In this document: piece after piece, positions 5,958 to 13,147 of the stretch
Layout of the letters: each line of letters begins with the position of its first letter
Numbering within the stretch: position 1 is the first letter of the stretch
IMG/VR virus record: IMGVR_UViG_3300045988_083426
From: a virus
DNA length: 42,045 nucleotides
Strand: one strand, 5' to 3'
The notes under the pieces: generated by a model
What the model was told of the DNA's origin: nothing
The model's database searches: none
What the model saw: the letters and a program-made list of their open reading frames with translations, nothing else
Program-made: the position numbers and the translations under genes

Positions 5958-6143
5958 GTGGAACTTAGCTTAAAGGCAGCCAGAGTGAATGCGGGATTGA
6001 AGCAGTCAGAGGTCTGCGAACAACTCGGCATTGCGCGGGGGACACTTTCGCGGTGGGAGAGCGGCAAGGGAACCCCGCGGCTGAAACAGCTGATTATGCT
6101 CTGCGGGATGTACGGCGTAAAGGCAGAGGATATCCGAATATGA
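5958..6143 (+). CDS. Small XRE-family HTH protein (Cro- or Aca-like, 61 aa)
   Basis: LKQSEVCEQLGIARGTLSRWESGKGTP is an HTH motif. GTG at 5958 lies 6-7 nt after the SD; an alternative ATG at 5934 lacks an SD. Confidence 0.75.
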   Translation: MELSLKAARVNAGLKQSEVCEQLGIARGTLSRWESGKGTPRLKQLIMLCGMYGVKAEDIRI

Positions 6144-6146
6144 GAA

Positions 6147-6172
6147 GAGCAGGGTGCTGCAACACCCCGCTC
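6147..6172. terminator. Stem-loop between convergent genes
   Basis: gagcagggtg / caccccgctc, 9 of 10 bp paired, 6-nt loop. Confidence 0.5.
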
Positions 6173-6189
6173 AACTGGTTAGAGGTTAT

Positions 6190-6336
6190 TCACTTTTTCT
6201 TGGTGCTGGGACGGGTCTGAGACAAGGCACTGCCGGCGACACTCTTGGACGCCGCGCTGTAGCGGCCGTCGGTCAAAATCTTGGAGGCTTTTGACACGAC
6301 AGACTTGCTTGTCTGCTTGGGATTGCTCTTGGCCAT
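6190..6336 (-). CDS. Small basic Ser/Lys-rich protein (48 aa)
   Basis: MAKSNPKQTSKSVVSKASKILTDGRYSAASKSVAGSALSQ. AAAGGAG SD. Confidence 0.6.
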   Translation of the reverse strand: MAKSNPKQTSKSVVSKASKILTDGRYSAASKSVAGSALSQTRPSTKKK

Positions 6337-6367
6337 TCGTTCACGCTCCTTTCGTACGTTTGTACTA

Positions 6368-6396
6368 ATTATAGCACATAAGCGGCAAAAACACAA
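6368..6396 (-). promoter_or_regulatory. Strong leftward promoter
   Basis: -35 TTGTGT (6391-6396), 17-nt spacer, TG-extended consensus -10 TATAAT (6368-6373). Confidence 0.6.
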
Positions 6397-6554
6397 GGCG
6401 CTAAAAGATAAAACTGGAATCCGCTGACTGAGGAGGTGACACAGTGTGCTGAACGAGGAGAAGCAGGGCGAGCGCAGGAGCCTTTCGGAGCTGATGGGCA
6501 AGAGCGCGGTTCTCGGCCGAGGAGCTGGCCGCGCTGGTGAGGAGCTGAGAGGTC

Positions 6555-6881
6555 ATGGCGAGTAAGCAGTCAACCTGCTGGGTGATCGAGCACCCGGAGA
6601 TCGGGACGGCGTTTGTCGTGGCCGACAACTGGGAGCAGGCCACGGTGCGGGCGGCGGAGTTCTGGGGCGTGAGCTGGGCGCGGACGGTATCCGGCATGGA
6701 GCTGGTGCGGCGAAAGGACGCGCGGAAGAACATCTGCTGCCGCTGCGGCCAGATCTTCCACGGGAGCGGGGATCTGTGCGGCGCGTGCGAGAAGATCCTG
6801 CGGACGGAGGAGGACGAGACGAGCCGCCGACTGCGGGAGACCTGGTATCTGGGGAGAAAAGACGCCGCCTTCGGGCGGTGA
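6555..6881 (+). CDS. Hypothetical protein with C-terminal CxxC...CxxC zinc ribbon (108 aa)
   Basis: ICCRCGQIFHGSGDLCGACEKIL; high GC3. Confidence 0.65.
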   Translation: MASKQSTCWVIEHPEIGTAFVVADNWEQATVRAAEFWGVSWARTVSGMELVRRKDARKNICCRCGQIFHGSGDLCGACEKILRTEEDETSRRLRETWYLGRKDAAFGR

Positions 6882-7004
6882 GAAACAAACGAGGAGGAAC
6901 ACAGGATGATCGACGAGAGGAGCCTGACGCGGGCGATGAAGGAATCGTGGCGCTGGAGCGGCTGCTGGAGCAGACGCCGCTGGTATAAGAGGAGGACAGG
7001 CGAC

Positions 7005-7274
7005 ATGTACGGGCAGTGCTGGAAATGCGGCAAGTGGGGGCAGATGGAGCGGCACCACATCTTCGAGGGCGTGGCCAACCGGAAGAAATCGGAGGAATAC
7101 GGGCTGGTCGTGCTGCTGTGTGGGGAGGAGTGCCACCGGAACGGCCGGGAGGCCGCCCACCGCTGCGGCGAGACGGCGCTGCGGCTGCACCGGTGGGGGC
7201 AGCGGAAGTTCATGGCGGAGCAGAACGCGACGGAGGAGGACTTCCGGCGGGTGTTCGGGAAGAGCTATCTGTAA
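7005..7274 (+). CDS. HNH/NinG-like zinc-finger nuclease-fold protein (89 aa)
   Basis: CWKCGKWGQMERHHIFEGVANRKKSEEYGLVVLLCGEECH is a CxxC...HH...N...CxxCH pattern. AGGAGG SD before the ATG at 7005; the track ORF starts at 6906. Confidence 0.6.
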   Translation: MYGQCWKCGKWGQMERHHIFEGVANRKKSEEYGLVVLLCGEECHRNGREAAHRCGETALRLHRWGQRKFMAEQNATEEDFRRVFGKSYL

Positions 7275-7286
7275 GGAGGAAGAGCT

Positions 7287-7379
7287 ATGACGGTTACATG
7301 GGTACTGGCCTACATCGGGGCCGCGGCGGTGGCCGCAGGGTGCGTGCGGCTGGTCGAGCGGATGGAGGGGCGGCGATGA
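7287..7379 (+). CDS. Possible 30-aa membrane microprotein
   Basis: AAGGAGG SD then ATG at 7287. MTVTWVLAYIGAAAVAAGCVRLV is hydrophobic. Its stop overlaps the next start (ATGA). Confidence 0.4.
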   Translation: MTVTWVLAYIGAAAVAAGCVRLVERMEGRR

Positions 7380-7810
7380 AAGCGAAAAATCTGCTCGAGG
7401 GACTGGAGCGGTACGACAATTACGCGGTATGTCCCGGGTGCCAGAGCTGTGAGGGGAAGAAGGTGATCGCATGCCGCGACCTGATCTGGCAGGCGGCGGC
7501 GCGGATCCGCGGGCAGGAGCGGCAGATCGAGTGCCTGATGGATGCGAACGAGGGGCACCGGCGGATGCTGGTGGAGCTGCACCAGAGGCTTGCAAAGACG
7601 GAGCTGGGCTGGATCTCCACGGAGGAGGCGCAGCCCGTGCGCTCGGGGGACTACTGGGTGCGGACGGCGGGCGGGATCTATACGGTTTTGCCGTACTCGA
7701 CGCGGCACGGGGCATGGAACGCGATGGACGAGCAGGAAACGGCGCTGCGGGCCATCCCGGTGACGCACTGGATGGAGATTCTGCCGGCGGTGGAAGGGGA
7801 CAGGCCATGA
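7376..7810 (+). CDS. DUF551-like phage protein (144 aa)
   Basis: C-terminal ...SGDYWVRTAGGIYTVLPYS...VTHWMEILPAVEG resembles the DUF551 signature. Confidence 0.55.
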   Translation: MKAKNLLEGLERYDNYAVCPGCQSCEGKKVIACRDLIWQAAARIRGQERQIECLMDANEGHRRMLVELHQRLAKTELGWISTEEAQPVRSGDYWVRTAGGIYTVLPYSTRHGAWNAMDEQETALRAIPVTHWMEILPAVEGDRP

Positions 7811-8130
7811 TGCACAGGGCGGAGACGATGCGGTGCGGCGCGTGCAGCAATTTTATCCCGGCGCGGTCACGGCGGGCGCCGAAGCGGGGCTTTTGCCGGC
7901 TGGCGGGGCACAACACCTGCGTGAGCGAGAGCACGCGCGTCTGCCGGACGGACTTTGACCCGGTGCAGCCGATCGTCCCGACGAACCGGGACAGGCTGGA
8001 CGCGATGAGCGACGCACAGCTTGCGCAGTGGCTGGAGCGATTGACAGGAAACCCGGCGGAGAACCTGCTGCGATGGCTGCGGGCGCCGGTGGAAACGAAA
8101 GAGGAGGAAACACCATGGAAAACGATCTGA
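7807..8130 (+). CDS. Hypothetical Cys-containing protein (107 aa)
   Basis: ATGA start/stop overlap with the upstream gene; high GC3. Confidence 0.55.
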   Translation: MMHRAETMRCGACSNFIPARSRRAPKRGFCRLAGHNTCVSESTRVCRTDFDPVQPIVPTNRDRLDAMSDAQLAQWLERLTGNPAENLLRWLRAPVETKEEETPWKTI

Positions 8131-8567
8131 GAGACCGCGCGGAGCGGATGGCGTGGAAGCTGCGCGCCTGCGCGGACGACGAGCAGTGCGCCGCGTGCGC
8201 GGAGGAGTGCGGCGTGAACGACGGGACGCTGCTGCTGGCGGCGGCGCAGACCATCCGGGATCTGCTGGATGGCGCGGGCGGCGAGGAGCGCACAGAGGGC
8301 GAGACGGAAACGCCGTCGTGGATCAAGGCGGCCTATGAGGCGGGGACAGAGCACTACGACACCGTGCTCGACCGGGGGCTGAGCGCGATCGGGCGCGAGG
8401 TCATGGACATCGCGAACCGGCACAAGAAGGATCTGCCGCTGGTGATCGCGGTGCTGCGGCTGACGATCGCGCCGCTGGAGCGGCACATGACCGACGAGGG
8501 GCAGGCGATGCTCCAGTGGATTCTGCGCAACGCCGCGGCGGTGGATCTGACGGACGCGCAGAAATAA
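8115..8567 (+). CDS. Hypothetical protein (150 aa)
   Basis: GAGGAGG SD before the ATG at 8115. Confidence 0.6.
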   Translation: MENDLRDRAERMAWKLRACADDEQCAACAEECGVNDGTLLLAAAQTIRDLLDGAGGEERTEGETETPSWIKAAYEAGTEHYDTVLDRGLSAIGREVMDIANRHKKDLPLVIAVLRLTIAPLERHMTDEGQAMLQWILRNAAAVDLTDAQK

Positions 8568-8681
8568 AAAAAGGCCCCGGCGGAGCGGCAACTCCGTCGG
8601 GGCAGTCAGATGAGGGTCAAATGACAACCAAGTACACCCCTATGATAACCGACGGAGGGGAGAAAGGCAAGGAAAAATTTT

Positions 8682-9020
8682 ATGACGGAAGCGCAGAGGG
8701 CGGCAATCGCGGCCATTGAGAGCCAGCAGCCGCAGAAGCACAACACCGTATGGATGGCGGGCGAGCAGCTCAAGGAGATTGCCCGCAGCGAGCCGGGGTC
8801 GGCAGAGCTGCTGGCGAAGGATCTGGCGGGCAAGGGCATGACGATCGCGGACGCGGAGAAGAAGATCGCGGAGCTGGCGCGGAAGAACCGGGACGGCAAC
8901 TGCGGATGCGTGAGCAGCGAGGAGGCGGAGGACGTTCTGCGGGCGTTTTACGGTCTGCCGCAGCGCGGGGAGGCGCGGGAGGAAGCACCGAAGGTGCTGG
9001 ATCTCGCGGACTTTCTATGA
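8682..9020 (+). CDS. Hypothetical protein (112 aa), possibly PcfK-like
   Basis: Immediately precedes, and is translationally coupled to, the PcfJ-like gene. The family call is unverified. Confidence 0.5.
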   Translation: MTEAQRAAIAAIESQQPQKHNTVWMAGEQLKEIARSEPGSAELLAKDLAGKGMTIADAEKKIAELARKNRDGNCGCVSSEEAEDVLRAFYGLPQRGEAREEAPKVLDLADFL

Positions 9021-10867
9021 CGGACTGGGAGGCCTTCCGGCAGGCGCTGCCGGAGACGGCTCCGAAGGAGCTTATCGACTGGGCCGCACGGACGCAGAAG
9101 GACGAGCTCGGCGGGGAGCTCTGCCTGTTCTCGCGGGAGAGCGTGAGCTGGTTGGAGGACGAGCCGCAGGAGATCATGACGCCGGAGGATATCGAGCGGC
9201 GCGAAAAGACGCGCCGGCGGACGTGGGGCGCACGGTGCAGCTGCACGGCCTGCGGCGAGGACTTCGTCGCGGGATGGCTGCGCGGGCTGAAGCTGCCCGG
9301 AAATCGGGAGATCCGCGGGATAGCGCTGCTGCAGGGGGACGACGGGCTCCTTTACGAGGGAATCCCGGACATGGAGGACGCCTGCTGGCGCATGAGCGCG
9401 GCGGAGATCGCGGAGACGGATCACTTCGACTGCCCGCTCTGCGGGGCGGACGTACAGCTGGTGCGGCGGAAGGATCTGCGCGGCGGGCGGACGCATCAGG
9501 TGCAGGTCGTGACGGCGGAGGTGATCCACGGGGTGACGGTGCTGCTCTACTGGATGGTACGCCGGGAATTCGACGAATACGGCGGCAGCGGCGCTGCCGC
9601 GTGGCCGAGAGAGGCAATCGCCCTGACGGAAAAGGGCGGGCTGAAACGTTTTACACGGGCGAAATGCAACCAGTTCGGCACCGAGTGGGACACGGGCGAG
9701 TGGCGCGCGGTGCGGCAGATGCGCGACCCGGAGACGGTCAAATACTACAGCTGGGAAGCAAACTCCCACAAGAAAATCGGCGCCGCCGTCCGGCCGGAGG
9801 TGCCGGATCTCACGGGGAGCACGGGGGAGAAAACCGGGCTCGAGGACTACATCCGCGCCGGAGGCCAATGGCCGGTGCAGTATCTGAAGCTGTGGAAACA
9901 GCACAGAAACGTCGAAAATCTGGCCCGCGCGGGCTGGGGGCGGACGCTCGGCGGCGCCATCGAGGAGATGGCATGGAATCAGGTCATGGCGCCCTACGCG
10001 GTACATGAAATTGAACTGCGGTGGATCGACTGGAACGAGGTGAAGCCGGGGCGGATGCTCGGCATGAGCAAGGCGGAGGTCAAGGCGCTCGCGGGACGCT
10101 GGGACTGGCAGACGGCAGACGCGTGGGCGGTTTACCGGTGCTGGCAGGGCGGCTGCACGGCGGAGGAATTCGACCGGTGCCGCGCGGAGCTGGGGCCGGA
10201 GGGACTGCAGGTGCTCGTGGGCATGATCGAGGACGGGCACGAGGTGCCGCTGCTGAAAGCGGCGCGGTACATCAAAAAGCAGGAGCAGCGGCGCGGCGGG
10301 GATCTGGCGCGGACATTCCTCGACTACCGCGAGATGCTGGACGCGGACGCGACGGAAGAGGAGCTCTGGCCGAAGGATCTCGTCGCGGCGCACGACCGGC
10401 TCGCGCAGATCCACGGCGACAGGGACGCGCGGCAGTACACGGAGGCGATGCGGCAGCTCGCGCAGGAGCTGGCGGCGCTGGCGTGGAGCGACGGGGAGAT
10501 CTGCATCCGGGCGGCGGCGACGCCGGGCGAGCTCAAGGAGGAGGGGCGCGTGCTCAAGCACTGCGTCGGCGACTACTGCAAAAAGCACGCGGCGCGGACG
10601 GACGTGATTTTCTTTGTGCGGCACGCGCGGCGGCCGGAGCGGAGCTGGTACACGCTCGACATCAACATGACGGGGCGGATCCCGAAGGAGGTCCAGCTGC
10701 ACGGCTACCGGAACGAATGGTACGGGAAGGCCGGGCACGGAAAAATTCCGCAGAAGGTGCGGGATTTCTGCGACCGGTGGGAGCGCGAGGTGCTCGCGCC
10801 GTGGTACGCGCAGCGGCAGGAGACTGCCCGTAAAGACAAGCAGAAGAGGAGGAAAACGAGCGCATGA
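9017..10867 (+). CDS. PcfJ-like protein (616 aa)
   Basis: C-terminal EEGRVLKHCVGDYCKKHAARTDVIFFVRHARRPERSWYTLDI matches the PcfJ-like signature (L.HCVg.Y...I.f.R). ATGA overlap start at 9017. Confidence 0.65.
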   Translation: MTDWEAFRQALPETAPKELIDWAARTQKDELGGELCLFSRESVSWLEDEPQEIMTPEDIERREKTRRRTWGARCSCTACGEDFVAGWLRGLKLPGNREIRGIALLQGDDGLLYEGIPDMEDACWRMSAAEIAETDHFDCPLCGADVQLVRRKDLRGGRTHQVQVVTAEVIHGVTVLLYWMVRREFDEYGGSGAAAWPREAIALTEKGGLKRFTRAKCNQFGTEWDTGEWRAVRQMRDPETVKYYSWEANSHKKIGAAVRPEVPDLTGSTGEKTGLEDYIRAGGQWPVQYLKLWKQHRNVENLARAGWGRTLGGAIEEMAWNQVMAPYAVHEIELRWIDWNEVKPGRMLGMSKAEVKALAGRWDWQTADAWAVYRCWQGGCTAEEFDRCRAELGPEGLQVLVGMIEDGHEVPLLKAARYIKKQEQRRGGDLARTFLDYREMLDADATEEELWPKDLVAAHDRLAQIHGDRDARQYTEAMRQLAQELAALAWSDGEICIRAAATPGELKEEGRVLKHCVGDYCKKHAARTDVIFFVRHARRPERSWYTLDINMTGRIPKEVQLHGYRNEWYGKAGHGKIPQKVRDFCDRWEREVLAPWYAQRQETARKDKQKRRKTSA

Positions 10868-11826
10868 GCGAGACAATCAACGTGCCGATGGCGGCGCAGC
10901 GGGACATCAAGACGGTGACAACGGAGATCCGGACGCTGCACCGGCAGGCGCAGTGCATGGTGCTGGGGTACGCCATCGAGATCGGGCGGCGGCTGAAGGA
11001 AGCAAAGGCGATGCTCGACCACGGCCAGTGGGGGCCGTGGCTGCGGGAGGAGGTGGACTTCTCCCAGTCCTCGGCCAACAATTTCATGCGGATTTTCGAG
11101 GAATACGGGGCGCAGCAGGTGAGCCTTTTCGGGGACGCAAATTCGCAAGCGCTTGGGAATTTGCCCTATACGCACGCGCTGCGGCTGCTGGCACTGCCGG
11201 CGGAGGAGCGCGAGAGCTTCGCGGAGGAGCACCACGCGGAGGAGCTGAGCACGCGGGAGCTGGAGAAGCTGATCCGCGAGCGGGACGAGGCGCGCAGGGC
11301 CGAGCAGGACGCGCAGGAAAAGGCCGCCGCGGCGGACAAGGCGCGCGCCGCGGCCGAGGAGCTGGCAAAGGGTGCGGAGGACGCCCGGCGGGACGCGCTG
11401 GCGGCGGCGGAGCGGCTGAAAAATGCACAGGCCGCGGAGAAGGACGCGAAGGCCGCCGCGAAGCAGGCGAAGGCCGAGCTGAAGGCGCTGCGGGAAAACC
11501 CGGTGATCCCGGCGGAGGTACTGGAGAAGCTGCGCGCAGAGGAGGCCGAGCGCGCGGCAGAGACGGCGCAGAAGGAGACCGCCCGGCGGGTGGCCGAGGC
11601 GGAAAAAGCCGCGCAGGAGAGCGCCCGGCGCGCCGAACAGGCGGAGCGGCAGCTGGCGGCGGCCGATCCGGAGGTCGCGACATTCAAGGCGTGGTTCCGG
11701 GCGGTGCAGGACGACTTCGCGCGGATGCAGGAGACGCACGCACAGGTGACGGATCCGGAGAAAGCGGACAAGCTCCGCGCGGCCGTGCGGGCGCTGCTGG
11801 AGCGGGAAAGGACGGTGTGGGGGTGA
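10864..11826 (+). CDS. DUF3102-like protein with long Ala/Glu/Lys coiled coil (320 aa)
   Basis: N-terminal IGRRLKEAKAMLDHGQWGPWLREEVDFSQSSANNFMRIFE resembles DUF3102. Confidence 0.6.
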   Translation: MSETINVPMAAQRDIKTVTTEIRTLHRQAQCMVLGYAIEIGRRLKEAKAMLDHGQWGPWLREEVDFSQSSANNFMRIFEEYGAQQVSLFGDANSQALGNLPYTHALRLLALPAEERESFAEEHHAEELSTRELEKLIRERDEARRAEQDAQEKAAAADKARAAAEELAKGAEDARRDALAAAERLKNAQAAEKDAKAAAKQAKAELKALRENPVIPAEVLEKLRAEEAERAAETAQKETARRVAEAEKAAQESARRAEQAERQLAAADPEVATFKAWFRAVQDDFARMQETHAQVTDPEKADKLRAAVRALLERERTVWG

Positions 11827-12077
11827 GCAATCCGAACCCAGGGACAGAGAATATCAAGTGGATTAAGTACGGCGGTGCCGTCGTGATAAGAGGCGGCTAC
11901 GACGAGAGCATGATCAAGGACGCAGAGAGATTTCTGGCAGAGCAGGCGGTTGAAACTGTTCGCCAGATCATGGAAGAAGATCGAAGCGTGTTCAGATTCC
12001 GAAAGGGCGCGGAAGATAACGAGGTAGTCGTCGAATGGCGGATCAAAATTCCAAAATTCAACTGGAGGGAAGGGTAA
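11823..12077 (+). CDS. Hypothetical protein (84 aa), low-GC island
   Basis: GTGA overlap start; about 50% GC versus about 68% in flanking genes. Confidence 0.5.
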   Translation: MSNPNPGTENIKWIKYGGAVVIRGGYDESMIKDAERFLAEQAVETVRQIMEEDRSVFRFRKGAEDNEVVVEWRIKIPKFNWREG

Positions 12078-12082
12078 CAACG

Positions 12083-12610
12083 ATGAATGCTGTGTTAATC
12101 AGTATCCGCCCGAAATGGTGCGAGAAAATCATCAGCGGCGAAAAGACGATTGAGGTACGCAAGACCCGGCCAAAGCTGGCGACGCCGTTCAAGTGCCGTA
12201 TCTACTGCACCCGCGGGAGACATGATCTGAACATCCCCATTTCACGGGAAGCGCTTATGCGCGATTGGCTGGAAACAGGGTCGATGAAATCCATGAACTG
12301 CCCGCACGGAAACGGCAAGGTGATCGGAGAATTTACGTGTGATGAGATATTCTGCTTTCCCGCAGACAGCGCAATACCGTGGTTTCTTTCGCGGGACGCG
12401 TGCCTGACGGCGGAAGAAATTCACGGTTATCTCGGAGAGAAGGCCGGCTTTTTCTGGCACATATCGGATCTGGAAATCTACGATGTGCCGCTGGATCTGG
12501 GCGAGCTCCCCGGCATGCTGACGCTGAAAAACGGTTATGGTGCTCAGTTGTGGCGAATCGACCGAGCACCGCAGGACTGGTGCTATATGAAAAAGGGTGG
12601 GATTAAATGA
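12083..12610 (+). CDS. ASCH (PUA-like) domain protein (175 aa)
   Basis: MNAVLISIRPKWCEKIISGEKTIEVRKTRPK is a typical ASCH N-terminus. Confidence 0.7.
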   Translation: MNAVLISIRPKWCEKIISGEKTIEVRKTRPKLATPFKCRIYCTRGRHDLNIPISREALMRDWLETGSMKSMNCPHGNGKVIGEFTCDEIFCFPADSAIPWFLSRDACLTAEEIHGYLGEKAGFFWHISDLEIYDVPLDLGELPGMLTLKNGYGAQLWRIDRAPQDWCYMKKGGIK

Positions 12611-12921
12611 AAATTTACATTGCGGGAGCGATTACAGGGGATCCGGAGTACCGGGAGAAGTTCCGGCGCGCCGAGGAGGCCGTGCGGGCAGAGGGCCACG
12701 TCGCGGTGAACCCGGCGGTGCTGCCGGAGGGGCTGGAGCCGGGGGACTACATGCGGATCTGCACGGCGATGCTCGACAGCTGCGACGCGATCGCACTGCT
12801 GCGCGACTGGGCGCACAGCAAGGGCGCATGTATCGAGATGACCTACGCGCAGTACGTCGGGAAGAAACTTATGAGACTGTGGGACATGCCGGACGGGCTG
12901 TGGCTCAGGGAGGGGATTTGA
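12607..12921 (+). CDS. DUF4406 / nucleoside 2-deoxyribosyltransferase-like protein (104 aa)
   Basis: MKIYIAGAITGDPEYREKF...CDAIALLRDWAHSKGACIE pattern. Confidence 0.65.
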   Translation: MKIYIAGAITGDPEYREKFRRAEEAVRAEGHVAVNPAVLPEGLEPGDYMRICTAMLDSCDAIALLRDWAHSKGACIEMTYAQYVGKKLMRLWDMPDGLWLREGI

Positions 12922-12922
12922 G

Positions 12923-13147
12923 ATGGAACATCAGGTAACGCCGGAGGTGCTGGCGGCGGCGCTGCGGTGCTCGGCGGCGGAGGACGTGCATGAGACACAC
13001 TGCGAGACATGCCCGTACTATGTGGTGGAGGATCTGAGCGGGGAAGAAGCCGCGTTTTTCGGGGAGAAATGGGCAACGTGCGACGTCGACCGGATGGCGC
13101 TGGACGCGGCGGCGATGATCGAGGAGCTTTCCGGGAGGGACGTATGA
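12923..13147 (+). CDS. Hypothetical protein (74 aa)
   Basis: Tightly packed in the operon; high GC3. Confidence 0.55.
   Translation: MEHQVTPEVLAAALRCSAAEDVHETHCETCPYYVVEDLSGEEAAFFGEKWATCDVDRMALDAAAMIEELSGRDV

Noticed and set aside
3004-5962. Whether the repeated U, A and B elements are a CRISPR array.
   Set aside because: Repeats are 39-175 bp, unequal, and spaced 500-1100 bp apart. The intervening segments are SD-led genes on both strands. There are no cas genes.
6446-6565. Small ORF after GAGGAGG (GTG at 6446: MLNEEKQGERRSLSELMGKS...). Its natural-looking ending (SAEELAALVRS*, stop at 6546-6548) is in the +1 frame, which suggests a frameshift.
   Set aside because: The evidence is only a short protein-like string in a second frame of GC-rich DNA. 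No slippery site was identified. This cannot be supported without homologues or read data.
6878-7004. Region upstream of the HNH-like gene. The ATG at 6906 has a good SD but gives a Trp/Arg-rich extension fused to the HNH ORF. An alternative frame ends ...GIVALERLLEQTPLV* (6988), neatly before the SD of the 7005 start.
   Set aside because: The frame assignment is ambiguous. It may be a separate microprotein, a frameshift, or an N-terminal extension. I annotated only the well-supported 7005 start.
6570-8627. Very long ORFs on the opposite strand or in off-frames of the high-GC late and early regions. Examples: 6570-8627(-), 8948-10876(-), 10705-11739(-), 16147-17742(-), 24482-26119(-), 26148-27746(-), 28803-30905(-), 32856-36827(-), 33977-35698(+).
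   Set aside because: Their translations are Arg/Pro/Ala/Gly-rich low-complexity strings, they lack an SD, and they fully shadow well-supported genes. This is the expected stop-codon depletion in about 65-70% GC DNA.
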